Part shown: positions 1-10,439 of the stretch, one piece after another | Position numbering within the stretch: position 1 is the first letter of the stretch | How the letters are laid out: each line of letters opens with the position of its first letter | NCBI GenBank assembly: GCA_963770975.1 | Contig: CAVYRM010000001.1 | Span: 193,435 to 257,434 of the forward strand | DNA length: 64,000 nt | Origin: an uncultured delta proteobacterium | GTDB taxonomy: Bacteria; Desulfobacterota; Deferrimicrobia; Deferrimicrobiales; Deferrimicrobiaceae | Direction of reading: 5' to 3' | Position numbers and translations under genes: made by a program | Notes under the pieces: model-generated | The model's database searches: none | What the model was told of the DNA's origin: nothing | The model's input: only the letters and a program-made list of their open reading frames with translations

Positions 1-1518
1 CTCCAGGAATCGCTTGCCTCGATCCACTTTCCGCGGGACGACGCGGACGCGGCCCGGTTCCGGGAATTCTCCTCTCCCCACCAGCGTCGCCTGATCTTCG
101 GGGAGTTGTTCGCGTTGCAATGGGCCCTGGCCCTCCGGCGCGCGGGAACGGAACGGGAAGAGGCGACCCCGCTTCCCTGGGACCGTGAAATCGTCTACGA
201 GATCAAGCGTCGTCTTCCGTTCGAGTTGACGGGGGCCCAGCGCCGCGTCGTCAACGAGATACTAAAGGATCTGGGGAAACCGCACCCGATGCACCGCCTC
301 CTGCAGGGGGACGTGGGCAGCGGAAAAACCATCGTTGCCTGGATCGCCGCGATGGTCGCCTGGCGGCATGGCGTGCAGGCCGCTGTGATGGCGCCCACGG
401 AAATCCTCGCGGAGCAGCATTACCGGAGATTCTCCGCCCTTTCCGAGGGGCTGCCCGTACGCACCGCGCTGCTCACCGCCGCGCTCCCCCCGAAGGAACG
501 GGAGGCGGTGCGGAAGCGGATCCGTGGCGGGGAGGCGGACATCATCCTCGGGACGCACGCGCTGATCCAGGAAAGCGTGGAGTTTCGAAACCTGGCGCTG
601 GGAATCATCGACGAGCAGCATCGGTTCGGGGTGCTCCAGCGGGCCACCCTACGCAGGAAAGCGAAGACCTCCCCGCACCTGCTCGTCATGACGGCGACGC
701 CGATCCCGCGGACCCTGGCGATCGCCTTGTACGGGGACCTCGACGTATCGGTGATCGACGAGATGCCGAAGGGGAGGATACCGGTCCGCACGCGGATCGT
801 CGGCGAGGCCGACCGCGGGAAGATCTTCGAGGAGATCCGGAAGGAGATCGGCCAGGGAGGGCGCGCCTACATCGTCCTTCCGCTGGTGGAAGAGTCGGAA
901 AAGATCGCCTTGCGGGACGCCGTGCGCACCGCGGCCAGGGTCCGGGAAGCCTTTCCCGGCGCCGGGGTGGGCCTCCTGCACGGCCGGATGAAGGCGGAAG
1001 AGAAGGAATCGGTGATCCGTCGCTTCAGGGGCGGTGAACTGGGCATTCTCGTTTCCACCACCGTGGTCGAGGTGGGAGTGGACGTGCCCGAAGCCACGGT
1101 CATGCTCATCGAGCACGCGGAACGGTTCGGCCTCTCCCAGCTGCACCAGCTCCGGGGTCGAGTGGGGCGGGGTACGCGCCCGTCGACCTGCTACCTCATG
1201 ACGGGAGGGGAGGAGGGGGAAGACGCGATGGCCCGCCTGTCCATCATGGAGCGGACCACGGACGGCTTCCGGCTCGCCGAAGAGGATCTCCGGATCCGCG
1301 GCCCGGGGGATTTCGCCGGGGTCCGGCAATCCGGAATCCCGGACCTCGTGTTCGCCGATCTCGTCCGGGACGCTTCGATCCTCCGGTTGGCGCGCGAGAT
1401 CACCTGCGAGCTGCAAAGCGAGGACCCGGGATTGTCGGCGCCGGAACACGCGGGGATCCGGAGGTTCCTCGACCTGCGGACGGGCGGGGGACACTCCTCC
1501 GCATCCTCCCTGGATTGA
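1..1518 (+). CDS. recG: ATP-dependent DNA helicase RecG (C-terminal ~505 aa; 5' end upstream of window)
   Basis: Frame 1 is open from base 1. The product carries SF2 helicase motifs (GDVGSGKT Walker [29 protein letters not shown]) in RecG order. The listed ORF start at 106 is only the first internal Met. Confidence 0.9.
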   Translation, partial: LQESLASIHFPRDDADAARFREFSSPHQRRLIFGELFALQWALALRRAGTEREEATPLPWDREIVYEIKRRLPFELTGAQRRVVNEILKDLGKPHPMHRLLQGDVGSGKTIVAWIAAMVAWRHGVQAAVMAPTEILAEQHYRRFSALSEGLPVRTALLTAALPPKEREAVRKRIRGGEADIILGTHALIQESVEFRNLALGIIDEQHRFGVLQRATLRRKAKTSPHLLVMTATPIPRTLAIALYGDLDVSVIDEMPKGRIPVRTRIVGEADRGKIFEEIRKEIGQGGRAYIVLPLVEESEKIALRDAVRTAARVREAFPGAGVGLLHGRMKAEEKESVIRRFRGGELGILVSTTVVEVGVDVPEATVMLIEHAERFGLSQLHQLRGRVGRGTRPSTCYLMTGGEEGEDAMARLSIMERTTDGFRLAEEDLRIRGPGDFAGVRQSGIPDLVFADLVRDASILRLAREITCELQSEDPGLSAPEHAGIRRFLDLRTGGGHSSASSLD

Positions 1519-1548
1519 ACGGGGAATGTCCCCGATACCGAGCGCAAA

Positions 1549-1577
1549 TTGACTTGGAGGGCGGGATTCATTAGCAT
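1549..1577 (+). promoter_or_regulatory. putative sigma70-type promoter of the Thr operon (TTGACT-17 nt-TAGCAT)
   Basis: TTGACT at 1549-1554, 17-nt spacer, TAGCAT at 1572-1577, about 30 nt upstream of the AGAGGAGA Shine-Dalgarno and the ATG at 1608. Pattern match only. Confidence 0.3.
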
Positions 1578-1607
1578 ATCCGTCTACCCTTTAGAGGAGA
1601 TCTCCTG

Positions 1608-2804
1608 ATGGAAGAGTTCCCGAGAATCCAGCGGTTACCCCCGTACGTTTTCGCGGTCGTGGTCGAGCTCAAGTCGAAAATGCGCCGTGCCGGCGAGGAC
1701 ATCATCGACCTGGGGATGGGGAATCCCGATCTTCCCACCCCGAAGCACATCGTCGACAAGCTGGTGGAGGCGGTTCGCAACCCGAGAAACCACCGGTACT
1801 CCCTTTCCCGGGGGATCCCGAAGCTGCGGCTGGCCATCTGCAACTGGTACAAGCGGAAGTACGGCGTGGAACTCGATCCCGAAACGGAGGCGATCGCCAC
1901 GATCGGGGCGAAAGAGGGGCTCTCCCACCTTGTCCTGGCGACGATGGGACCGGGGGACATCGCCTTCGTCCCCAGCCCGACCTACCCGATCCACAACTAC
2001 TCGGTGATCATCGCGGGAGCCGACGTGCGGTCGATCTCCCTCACGAGCGGGGAAGGGGATTTCATCGAACGCGCGGAACGCGCGATCAAGACGCTGTGGC
2101 CGCGGCCGAAGATGATGATCATTTCCTTCCCCCACAACCCGACGACCCAGGTGGTGGACCTCGATTTCTTCAAGCGCGTCGTGGCGTTCGCGAAGGAATA
2201 CAAGATGCTCGTCGTGCACGACCTGGCCTATGCGGATCTCGTCTTCGACGGGTACAAGGCGCCATCGATCCTGCAGGTCCCCGGGGCCAAGGATGTCGCC
2301 GTGGAGCTGTACTCCATGTCGAAGGGATACTCGATGCCGGGATGGCGCGTCGGCTTCGTCGTCGGCAACCGCCGCCTGGTGACGGCGTTGACCCGGATCA
2401 AGAGCTACCTGGATTACGGGATGTTCCAGGCGATCCAGGTCGCCGCGACCGTGGCCCTCAACGGACCGCAGCGGGTGGTGGACGAGACCGTGGAGGTGTA
2501 TCGCAAGCGGAGGGACTGCCTGGTGGACGGGTTCGCCCGGATCGGCTGGGAGTTCGAGAAGCCGAGGGGGACGATGTTCGTCTGGGCACCGATTCCCGAA
2601 CCGTTCCGGGAGATGGGGTCCCTCGAGTATTCGAAGCTGCTCCTGACGAAGGCGAAGGTCGCCGTATCCCCCGGGATCGGTTTCGGCGAGCACGGGGAAG
2701 GGTTCGTCCGGTTCGCGCTCGTCGAAAACGAACATCGGATCCGTCAGGCGATCCGGGGCGTCAAGGTATTGCTCGCGGCGCCTCCGAAGGTCAAGGTCCG
2801 ATGA
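1608..2804 (+). CDS. class I/II PLP-dependent aminotransferase (alanine/aspartate aminotransferase-like)
   Basis: 398-aa ORF preceded by a Shine-Dalgarno. Motifs [18 protein letters not shown] and [16 protein letters not shown] (Schiff-base Lys context) are typical of AlaC/AspC-type enzymes. Confidence 0.85.
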   Translation: MEEFPRIQRLPPYVFAVVVELKSKMRRAGEDIIDLGMGNPDLPTPKHIVDKLVEAVRNPRNHRYSLSRGIPKLRLAICNWYKRKYGVELDPETEAIATIGAKEGLSHLVLATMGPGDIAFVPSPTYPIHNYSVIIAGADVRSISLTSGEGDFIERAERAIKTLWPRPKMMIISFPHNPTTQVVDLDFFKRVVAFAKEYKMLVVHDLAYADLVFDGYKAPSILQVPGAKDVAVELYSMSKGYSMPGWRVGFVVGNRRLVTALTRIKSYLDYGMFQAIQVAATVALNGPQRVVDETVEVYRKRRDCLVDGFARIGWEFEKPRGTMFVWAPIPEPFREMGSLEYSKLLLTKAKVAVSPGIGFGEHGEGFVRFALVENEHRIRQAIRGVKVLLAAPPKVKVR

Positions 2805-4120
2805 GCGCTCCCCTCCGGGAGATCGGCGTCGGGATCGTCGGTTTCGGCACCGTCGGCACCGGGACCGTCAAGCTCCTTCTGGAGAACGCGGCGCATCTTC
2901 GGAAGCGCGTCGGCATACCGATCCGGCTCGTCCGGGTCGCGGACCGCGAGATGTCGAGGGACCGCGGCGTCCGCCTTCCGGAAGGGGTGTTCATAGAGGA
3001 CGGGATGCGGGTCGCAAGGGACCCGGACGTGCACATCCTGATCGAGTTGATCGGCGGAACGGGCGTCGCGAAGGATTTCCTCCTCGAGGCGGTGAAGAAC
3101 GGGAAATCGGTGGTGACCGCGAACAAGGCGCTCCTGGCGGAATGCGGTCCCGAGATCGTCCAGGCGGTTCAATCCGCGGGCGTGGACATCGGGTTCGAGG
3201 CGAGCGTGGGAGGGGGGATCCCCATCATCCGCACGCTGCGCGAGGGTCTTGCGGCGAACCGGATCAAGTCGATCTTCGGGATCATCAACGGGACGTGCAA
3301 CTACATCCTTTCCCGCATGACCAGGGAGGGGAAGCCGTTCGCGGAGGTGCTTGCGGAGGCCCAGGCGGCGGGGTTGGCCGAGGCGGACCCGTCGTTCGAC
3401 GTGGACGGGATCGACACGGCGCACAAGCTTTCCATCCTCGTATGGCTCGCCACCGGAGGGCATGTCCCCACGAAGGAGATCTTCGTGGAGGGGATCCGGG
3501 AGATCTCCCCGGAGGACATCGCCTTCGCGAAGGAGTTCGGGTACACGATCAAGCTGCTCGCGATCGCGAAGGAGAACGGTTCGGGGGTCGAGGTGCGCGT
3601 GCACCCGACGATGATCCCTTCCCACTACCTGCTGGCCACCGTCGACGGGGCGAACAACGCGATCTACGTGAAGGGGGATTTCGTCGGGTCCTCGATGTCC
3701 TACGGGCAGGGAGCGGGGATGCTTCCCACCGCCTCCGCGGTGGTGAGCGACGTGATCGAGATCGCCCGCAACCTGCGCAGGGGATGCACCGGGCGAATCC
3801 CTCCGGGCGGATATTTCCTGGCGGATCCCTCCCCCCGGGTCGACCTGGCGCCGCTGGACCAGGTCCACTGCGAATATTATCTCCGGGTCCGGGTGATCGA
3901 CAAGCCGGGCGTCCTTTCCCGGATCGCGGGGGTGCTCGGAAGCCACGCCATCAGCATCTCGTCCGTGCTCCAGAAAGGCCGGGGTGAAAGCGCGGTCCCC
4001 ATCTTCATCGTCACGCATCGCGCGAAGGAGAGCGACATGCGGGCCGCCCTCCAGGACGTGGACCGGCTTCCCGACGTCCTGGACCGGACGCGGATGATCC
4101 GGATCGAAAACAGCCTGTAA
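2801..4120 (+). CDS. hom: homoserine dehydrogenase
   Basis: The ATG at 2801 overlaps the aminotransferase stop (ATGA). N-terminal VGFGTVGTG Rossmann motif, homoserine-DH catalytic region, C-terminal ACT-like domain ([22 protein letters not shown]). The upstream part of ORF 2096-4120 is Arg/Gly-rich read-through of the aminotransferase gene. Confidence 0.9.
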   Translation: MSAPLREIGVGIVGFGTVGTGTVKLLLENAAHLRKRVGIPIRLVRVADREMSRDRGVRLPEGVFIEDGMRVARDPDVHILIELIGGTGVAKDFLLEAVKNGKSVVTANKALLAECGPEIVQAVQSAGVDIGFEASVGGGIPIIRTLREGLAANRIKSIFGIINGTCNYILSRMTREGKPFAEVLAEAQAAGLAEADPSFDVDGIDTAHKLSILVWLATGGHVPTKEIFVEGIREISPEDIAFAKEFGYTIKLLAIAKENGSGVEVRVHPTMIPSHYLLATVDGANNAIYVKGDFVGSSMSYGQGAGMLPTASAVVSDVIEIARNLRRGCTGRIPPGGYFLADPSPRVDLAPLDQVHCEYYLRVRVIDKPGVLSRIAGVLGSHAISISSVLQKGRGESAVPIFIVTHRAKESDMRAALQDVDRLPDVLDRTRMIRIENSL

Positions 4121-4142
4121 CCGGGAGAGGGAACGCAGCGAC

Positions 4143-5198
4143 ATGCACTGGAACGGGATCATCCGTCAATACGGACGCTTTTTCTCCGCCGTCCCCGAGG
4201 AGTCGGTCGTCACCCTGCTCGAGGGGAACACGCCGCTCGTTCCGGCGCCCGCGCTGGCCCGCCGGATCGCACCGGGCACCGACCTCTTCCTGAAATACGA
4301 AGGGTTGAATCCCACCGGCTCCTTCAAGGACCGCGGGATGACGATGGCCGTGTCCAAGGCGAAGGCAGACGGTTCCGATTCGGTGATCTGCGCCTCCACG
4401 GGGAACACATCGGCCTCCGCGGCGGCCTACGCCGCCCGTGCCGGGATGAAGGCGTTCGTCCTGATCCCGGAAGGGAAGATCGCATTGGGGAAACTCTCCC
4501 AGGCGATGATCCACGGAGCGCAGGTGCTCCAGGTGCTGGGGAATTTCGACGACGCCCTCTCCCTCGTGAAGCAGGTCTCGGAGAAATATCCCGTGACCCT
4601 CGTGAACTCGTTGAACCCGTACCGGATCGAGGGACAGAAATCGGCCGCGTTCGAGATCGTCGACGCGCTCGGGGACGCCCCCGACTACCACGTACTCCCC
4701 GTGGGGAACGCGGGGAACATCACCGCGTATTGGGCCGGGTACAAGGATTACCGCGCCGCGGGAAAGTCCAAACGTCTCCCCGCGATGCTGGGCTGGCAGG
4801 CCGAAGGGGCGGCTCCGATCGTCCGTGGAGCGCCGGTCGCAAAACCCGAGACGGTCGCCACCGCCATCCGGATCGGCAACCCCGCTTCCTGGAAGCAGGC
4901 GGAAGCCGCCCGGGACGAATCCGGGGGGATGATCCGCATGGTGAGCGACGCGGAGATCCTCGAGGCGTACAAGATGGTCGCCGAGACGGAAGGGGTCTTC
5001 TGCGAGCCCGCTTCGGCGGCGTCGATCGCCGGGGTGATAAAATTGGGGAGGGACGGATTCTTCCGGCCGGGGAAGCGCATCGTATGCACGCTGACCGGGC
5101 ACGGATTGAAGGATCCCGACAACGCCATCGCACAGTCCGTAGCGCCCGTGACGATCCCCCCGGTCCTGGGGGACGTCCTGAAGATCCTCGGTTTCTGA
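4143..5198 (+). CDS. thrC: threonine synthase
   Basis: 351 aa. PLP-fold enzyme with the [13 protein letters not shown]-lysine motif and the short-form ThrC N-terminus (LLEGNTPLV). Sits directly after hom. Confidence 0.9.
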   Translation: MHWNGIIRQYGRFFSAVPEESVVTLLEGNTPLVPAPALARRIAPGTDLFLKYEGLNPTGSFKDRGMTMAVSKAKADGSDSVICASTGNTSASAAAYAARAGMKAFVLIPEGKIALGKLSQAMIHGAQVLQVLGNFDDALSLVKQVSEKYPVTLVNSLNPYRIEGQKSAAFEIVDALGDAPDYHVLPVGNAGNITAYWAGYKDYRAAGKSKRLPAMLGWQAEGAAPIVRGAPVAKPETVATAIRIGNPASWKQAEAARDESGGMIRMVSDAEILEAYKMVAETEGVFCEPASAASIAGVIKLGRDGFFRPGKRIVCTLTGHGLKDPDNAIAQSVAPVTIPPVLGDVLKILGF

Positions 5199-5212
5199 GG
5201 AAGGAGACGCCG

Positions 5213-6418
5213 ATGGGCGGGAAGTACATCATCCTCATAGGGGACGGCATGGCCGATTGGCCGATCCCCGGCATCGGGAATCGCACCCCGCTGGAAGTCG
5301 CCGCCAAGCCGAACATGGATTTCATGGCGAGCAACGGGGCGATCGGGATGGTCCAGGTCGTTCCGAAGGAGATGTATCCCGGAAGCGACGTGTCGAACCT
5401 CAGCATCCTCGGGTACGATCCCGCCGTGGTCTACACAGGCCGTTCCCCCCTCGAGGCGGCCTCCATCGGGATCTCCCTGGGGCCGGACGACGTCGCCGTG
5501 CGGTGCAACATCGTGGCGCTCAAGAACGAGGGGGCCGACTCCGAGATGGAGGATTTCTCCGCGGGGCACATCAGCACGGAGGAGGCGGCGGAACTCCTCG
5601 CTTCGCTGCAGGAGGCGGTGTCCGACAAGGGGGTCCGCTTCCATACCGGGGTATCCTACCGCCACCTGATGGTCTGGCCGGAGGGATACGACCGGCTCAA
5701 GACGACCCCTCCGCACGACATCCACGGGAAGAAGATCACGCCGTACCTCCCGCAGGGAGAAGGGGCGGAACTCCTCCTCACGATCATGGAGATATCGAGG
5801 GAGGTCTTCTCGGACCATCCGGTGAACCGGAAGCGGATCGCGGCGGGGAAACTTCCCGGAAACTCGGTGTGGCTCTGGGGTCAGGGAAAGGCGCCGAGGA
5901 TACCGACGATGACGGAGAAATTCGGGCTGAGCGGTTCCGTCGTGGCCGCGGTGGACCTCATCAAGGGGATCGGCATCTACGCGGGGATGACGATCGTGAA
6001 CGTGCCGGGCGCAACCGGGTACATCGACACGAACTACCGGGGAAAGGCGCAGCACGCCCTGGACGAGCTGGAGAGGAAGGATCTCGTCCTCATCCACGTG
6101 GAAGCGCCCGACGAAGCGGGACACAACGGGAACGTCGGGGACAAGATCCGGGCGATCGAATCGATCGACCGGGAGATGATCGGTCCGCTGCTTGCCCGCG
6201 CCAGGGAAAAGGGCGACCTCCGGATCCTGCTGCTGCCGGACCATCCGACCCCGATCGCGATCCGGACCCACGCCCAGGAACCGGTTCCGTTCGTGTTCTA
6301 CCCCGCGCCCCCGGGCCTTTCGGCGACTCCGGGGAGGCGCTACACGGAAGCGGATGGCCGCGACTCCGGGCAATTCGTCCCCGCGGGAACCCGCCTCATC
6401 GAATACCTGATCGCATAG
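5213..6418 (+). CDS. cofactor-independent phosphoglycerate mutase homologue (ApgM/metalloenzyme family; candidate homoserine kinase)
   Basis: ATG at 5213 lies 8 nt after GGAGA, in frame with ORF 4730-6418. Product begins MGGKYIILIGDGMAD and contains HVEAPDEAGHNG and LLPDHPTP, hallmarks of the archaeal-type iPGM family. Starts 14 nt after thrC. Confidence 0.8.
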   Translation: MGGKYIILIGDGMADWPIPGIGNRTPLEVAAKPNMDFMASNGAIGMVQVVPKEMYPGSDVSNLSILGYDPAVVYTGRSPLEAASIGISLGPDDVAVRCNIVALKNEGADSEMEDFSAGHISTEEAAELLASLQEAVSDKGVRFHTGVSYRHLMVWPEGYDRLKTTPPHDIHGKKITPYLPQGEGAELLLTIMEISREVFSDHPVNRKRIAAGKLPGNSVWLWGQGKAPRIPTMTEKFGLSGSVVAAVDLIKGIGIYAGMTIVNVPGATGYIDTNYRGKAQHALDELERKDLVLIHVEAPDEAGHNGNVGDKIRAIESIDREMIGPLLARAREKGDLRILLLPDHPTPIAIRTHAQEPVPFVFYPAPPGLSATPGRRYTEADGRDSGQFVPAGTRLIEYLIA

Positions 6419-6433
6419 ATCGAAGAGGTTCGC

Positions 6434-6844
6434 GTGGTGCATGTAGCTACCGTCCGTGTGATCTACGGGGACACGGATGCCGCCGGGATCGTCTACTATG
6501 GTCATTACCTCCGGTGGTTCGAGGTCGGCCGGGCGGAACTGATGCGCGGTAAGGGATTTTCGTACAGGGACACGATGGAGCATGGGATTCTCCTGCCCGT
6601 CATCGAAGCGGGGGCGGCCTACCATTCCCCCGCCCGGTACGACGACGTACTGCACATATTCGCGGAGGTGAGGAGCGTCCGCGGGGTCCGGCTGACCTTC
6701 GGATACCGGATCGAGCGGGAGGACGGCACCCTCCTCGTCACGGGTCATACCGTGCACGCGTTCACCGGGCGGGACGGCAAGCCGGTCAGGCCCCCCGCTT
6801 CTTTCCGCTCGTTGTCGCTTGGGAACGACATATCCATGGAATAG
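6434..6844 (+). CDS. acyl-CoA thioesterase, 4HBT/YbgC family (hot-dog fold)
   Basis: 136 aa. N-terminal VIYGDTDAAGIVYYGHYLRWFE matches the YbgC catalytic-Asp region. Confidence 0.75.
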   Translation: MVHVATVRVIYGDTDAAGIVYYGHYLRWFEVGRAELMRGKGFSYRDTMEHGILLPVIEAGAAYHSPARYDDVLHIFAEVRSVRGVRLTFGYRIEREDGTLLVTGHTVHAFTGRDGKPVRPPASFRSLSLGNDISME

Positions 6845-6855
6845 GGGAGGTGGGG

Positions 6856-7812
6856 ATGGAACGGAACCTGGCGTTGGAGGTCGTCCGCGTGACCGAGGCG
6901 GCAGCGCTTGCCGCTGCGCGTTTGATGGGCCGGGGGGACAACGTCGCGGCGGACCAGGCGGCCGTCACCGCGATGCGGAAGGCATTGAGCTACGTCCAGT
7001 TCAAGGGTCGCGTCGTCATCGGGGAAGGGGAACGGGACGAGGCCCCGATGCTCTTCATCGGGGAGGAGGTCGGGGCCGCCGAAGCCCCGAAGGTCGATAT
7101 CGCCGTCGATCCCCTGGAGGGGACGAGCATCGTGGCCTCCGGGGGGAACAACGCCCTCGCGGTGATCGCGATCGCGGAGGAGGGAGGGTTCCTGCACGCT
7201 CCGGACACCTACATGCAGAAAATCGCCGTCGGCCCCAAGGCGCGCGGGGTGATCGACATCACCGCCACTCCGACCGAGAACCTGCGGAGGGTCGCCAAGG
7301 CCCTCAAGGTCTACGTCGAGGACCTCTGCGTGATCATCCTCGACCGGCCGCGCCACCAGGACCTCATCAAGGAGGTCCGGGAGGCCGGGGCGCGCATCAA
7401 GCTGATCGGGGACGGGGACGTGGCCGGGGCGATCGCCACGGCGAAAGAGGGCACCGGTGTGGATATACTGATGGGGACGGGCGGGGCGCCGGAGGGGGTC
7501 CTGGCCGCGGCCGCCCTCAAGTGCATCGGCGGGGATTTCCAGGGGATCCTCAAGTTCCGCAACAAGGAGGAGATCGAGCGGGCGAAGGGGATGGGCGTGA
7601 CCGACCTCAACCGGGTCTACATGCTGGAGGACCTCGCGAGCAGCGACGTGATGTTCGCGGCGACCGGCGTGACCTTCGGCGATTTCCTGCAGGGGGTCCG
7701 CTTCTTCAGCGGCGGAGCGCATACCCAGTCCGTCGTGATGCGCTCCCGGTCCCGCACGCTGCGGATCATCGATACGACGCACTACTTCGAGTTCAAGCCG
7801 AAGTACGAGTAA
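6856..7812 (+). CDS. glpX: class II fructose-1,6-bisphosphatase GlpX
   Basis: ATG at 6856 lies 5 nt after GGAGG. MERNLALEVVRVTEAAALAAARLMGRGD and the remainder align to GlpX-type FBPase. The listed start at 6850 is an in-frame GTG. Confidence 0.9.
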   Translation: MERNLALEVVRVTEAAALAAARLMGRGDNVAADQAAVTAMRKALSYVQFKGRVVIGEGERDEAPMLFIGEEVGAAEAPKVDIAVDPLEGTSIVASGGNNALAVIAIAEEGGFLHAPDTYMQKIAVGPKARGVIDITATPTENLRRVAKALKVYVEDLCVIILDRPRHQDLIKEVREAGARIKLIGDGDVAGAIATAKEGTGVDILMGTGGAPEGVLAAAALKCIGGDFQGILKFRNKEEIERAKGMGVTDLNRVYMLEDLASSDVMFAATGVTFGDFLQGVRFFSGGAHTQSVVMRSRSRTLRIIDTTHYFEFKPKYE

Positions 7813-7844
7813 GCGGAAAGGGGAACCTTACGGCCACGGGAAGG

Positions 7845-8039
7845 ATCGTAATCGACTTCGAACGGTGCAAGGCGTGCGAACTGTGCGTTCCCGCCTGCCC
7901 GAAGGGGTGCATCGAGATGGGCGCGGCGATCAACCGGCAGGGATACGCCTCCGCGTCGTTCGCTCGACCCGACGATTGCACGGGGTGCGCCATCTGCGGC
8001 GAAACGTGCCCGGACGCCTGCATCGAGGTGTGGCGATGA
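7845..8039 (+). CDS. 2x[4Fe-4S] ferredoxin-like delta subunit of 2-oxoacid:ferredoxin oxidoreductase (start codon uncertain)
   Basis: Two CxxCxxCxxxCP motifs ([24 protein letters not shown]). The stop overlaps the alpha-subunit ATG. There is no ATG/GTG/TTG in any frame between the glpX stop (7812) and 7864. Candidate ATC codons lie at 7845 and 7851, after GGGAAGG. Confidence 0.65.
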   Translation: MVIDFERCKACELCVPACPKGCIEMGAAINRQGYASASFARPDDCTGCAICGETCPDACIEVWR

Positions 8040-9115
8040 GCCTGCCGGCGACCGATACGCGCAAGCGGATCCTCACGAAGGGGAACGAGGCGATCTGCCT
8101 CGGGGCGATCGCGGCCGGGTGCCGCCATTATTACGGGTACCCGATCACCCCCCAGAACGATATCCCCGAGTACATGTCGGCGCATCTCCCCGCCCTCGGC
8201 GGGACGTTCCTCCAGGCCGAAAGCGAAGTCGCCACGATCAACTTCATCCTCGGAACCTCCGCATCCGGGAAGCGCGTGATGACGTCCTCCTCGGGCCCGG
8301 GGATCTCCCTCATGCAGGAGGGGCTCTCCTACATGGCGGGGTCGGAGCTTCCGGCGGTCATCGTGAACATCTCCCGCTCCGGCCCGGGACTCGGAGGGAT
8401 CGCTCCTTCCCAGGGGGATTACTTCCAGGCGGTCAAGGGCGGGGGACACGGCGGCTACCGGCTGATCGTCCTGGCCCCGCACTCCGTCCAGGAAATGTAC
8501 ACGCTGACCATGCTTGCATTCGATCTCTCCGACAAGTACAGGACCCCCGCCATGATCCTGGGAGACGCGATCGTCGGGCAGATGAAGGAGCCGTTCGTGG
8601 CGACCCCGTACGATCCGTCATCCAGGACGGAGAAGCCCTGGGCGCTGACGGGCTGCAAGGGGCGGGACAGGCAGCACCTCAAATCCCTGCGGCTGAAGGA
8701 CGACGCCATCGAGATCCACAACTGGAAGCTTTACGACAGGTACGAGGAGATCCGCCGGTCCGAGACGCGGGCGGAGTCGTACATGCTCGAGGGGGCCCGC
8801 ATCGCGATCGTGGCGTTCGGAACCGCGGCCAGGGTATGCAAGACGGCGATCCAGCGGGCCAGGAAGGAAGGGATCGCGGCAGGGATGCTCCGGCCGATCA
8901 CCCTCTTCCCGTTCCCCACGAGGCAGGTGCTCGAGCTGGCGGGCAGCGTGGATGTCCTGCTCGTCGTCGAGATGAACACGGGCCAGATGCTGGAAGACGT
9001 GCGGCAGTCCACCCCGCTGCACGACCGGATCGATTTCCTGGGGAGACCTTGCGCCATGCCGACCCCGGAAGGGATCCTCGAACGCATCCGCCTGCTGGCG
9101 GGGAGGAAGGGATGA
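8036..9115 (+). CDS. 2-oxoacid:ferredoxin oxidoreductase alpha subunit
   Basis: ATG at 8036 overlaps the delta-subunit stop. N-terminus [28 protein letters not shown] is the KorA/OorA/PorA signature. 359 aa. Confidence 0.88.
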   Translation: MSLPATDTRKRILTKGNEAICLGAIAAGCRHYYGYPITPQNDIPEYMSAHLPALGGTFLQAESEVATINFILGTSASGKRVMTSSSGPGISLMQEGLSYMAGSELPAVIVNISRSGPGLGGIAPSQGDYFQAVKGGGHGGYRLIVLAPHSVQEMYTLTMLAFDLSDKYRTPAMILGDAIVGQMKEPFVATPYDPSSRTEKPWALTGCKGRDRQHLKSLRLKDDAIEIHNWKLYDRYEEIRRSETRAESYMLEGARIAIVAFGTAARVCKTAIQRARKEGIAAGMLRPITLFPFPTRQVLELAGSVDVLLVVEMNTGQMLEDVRQSTPLHDRIDFLGRPCAMPTPEGILERIRLLAGRKG

Positions 9116-9891
9116 GCGGAACCGGCAAGACGGAGTTCACGAAGCAGGTCTATTCGCGTCCCCGAAGCCTGGTGGACACCAGGACGCACTTCTGCCCGGG
9201 GTGCCATCACGGGACGATCCACAAGGTCGTGGCCGAGTGCATCGACCGGTACGGGGTCCGGGAGAATGCGATCGGCGTGGCGTGCGTCGGATGCGCCGTA
9301 TTCCTGTACGACTACATCGATGTGGACGTGGTCGAGGCGCCGCACGGGCGTGCCCCGGCCGTCGCCACGGGAGTGAAACGCGCCCAGCCGGATAAGTTCG
9401 TGTTCACCTACCAGGGAGACGGCGACCTCGCGGCGATCGGCACCTCCGAGATCATCCACGCGGCGAACCGCGGGGAGAACCTGACCGTGGTGTTCGTGAA
9501 CAACACCACCTACGGGATGACGGGGGGCCAGATGGCTCCCACCACCATGCTCGGCCAGAAGACCTCCACGACTCCCTACGGCCGGGATTTCCGCGGAGAC
9601 GGCTATCCGATCAGGATGGCGGAGCTCCTTGCCGGCCTCGAGGGGACGGCCTACTCGGCCCGGGTGGCCGTATCCACGCCTGCGCAGATCCGGAAGGCGA
9701 AGGAGGCGGTCCGCAAGGCGTTCGAGATGCAGATCAACGGGATGGGGCTTTCCATCGTGGAGTTCCTCTCGACCTGCCCGACGAACTGGGGGATGAAGCC
9801 CCTGGACGCGCAGAAACGGGTACTCGGGGAAATGTCGGAATATTTCCCGCTCGGCACCTTCAAGGAGCGGAAACAGCAGGACTTCGCATGA
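9112..9891 (+). CDS. 2-oxoacid:ferredoxin oxidoreductase beta (TPP-binding) subunit
   Basis: ATG at 9112 overlaps the alpha-subunit stop (ATGA). FCPGCHHG cluster-binding motif and GDGD...NN TPP motif. 259 aa. Confidence 0.88.
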   Translation: MSGTGKTEFTKQVYSRPRSLVDTRTHFCPGCHHGTIHKVVAECIDRYGVRENAIGVACVGCAVFLYDYIDVDVVEAPHGRAPAVATGVKRAQPDKFVFTYQGDGDLAAIGTSEIIHAANRGENLTVVFVNNTTYGMTGGQMAPTTMLGQKTSTTPYGRDFRGDGYPIRMAELLAGLEGTAYSARVAVSTPAQIRKAKEAVRKAFEMQINGMGLSIVEFLSTCPTNWGMKPLDAQKRVLGEMSEYFPLGTFKERKQQDFA

Positions 9892-10439
9892 CGGGCGACA
9901 TCATCATGGCGGGTTTCGGCGGACAGGGGATCCTGATGATCGGGAACCTGTTGGCCGTCGCGGCGATGGAAGAGGGGAAGAACGTCACCTATTTCCCGGC
10001 CTACGGGGTGGAGATGCGGGGCGGCACCGCGAACTGCACGGTGGTCGTCTCCGACGAGGAGATCGGCTCCCCGGTCGTCGGATGCCCGAAGTCGCTCCTC
10101 ATCATGAACGGCCCCTCGATGGAAAGGTTCCTCCCCATGCTTGCCGCGGGGGGTAACCTCATCATCAACAGTTCCCTGGTGGAGGACCGGCAGGTGACCA
10201 GGGACGACGTCCGGCTCCTTTCCGTCCCCGCGGACGACATCGCCCGCACCAAGGTCGGAAGCCGTCAGATGTCCTCGATGGTGGCCCTCGGCGCCTACGT
10301 GGCGCGGTCCGGGATCGTGGAGCTCACGACCGTTTTCGAATGTCTCCCGAAAGTGATATCGAAGAAGTACGAGAAGTTCATCCCGCTGAACGTCAACGCA
10401 CTGAAGGAAGGAGCCGCCCTTGCCGGAAATCACGCGTGA
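9888..10439 (+). CDS. 2-oxoacid:ferredoxin oxidoreductase gamma subunit
   Basis: ATGA overlap with the beta subunit. [17 protein letters not shown] is the typical gamma-subunit N-terminus. 183 aa. Confidence 0.85.
   Translation: MTGDIIMAGFGGQGILMIGNLLAVAAMEEGKNVTYFPAYGVEMRGGTANCTVVVSDEEIGSPVVGCPKSLLIMNGPSMERFLPMLAAGGNLIINSSLVEDRQVTRDDVRLLSVPADDIARTKVGSRQMSSMVALGAYVARSGIVELTTVFECLPKVISKKYEKFIPLNVNALKEGAALAGNHA

Noticed and set aside
1595-1604. GGAGATCTCC palindrome upstream of the aminotransferase ATG
   Set aside because: It is a 10-bp palindrome that coincides with the Shine-Dalgarno (GGAGA). It is most simply explained as the ribosome-binding site.
2096-2800. N-terminal 235 codons of ORF 2096-4120
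   Set aside because: This is an alternative frame of the aminotransferase gene. Homoserine dehydrogenase homology begins at ATG 2801, which overlaps the upstream stop.
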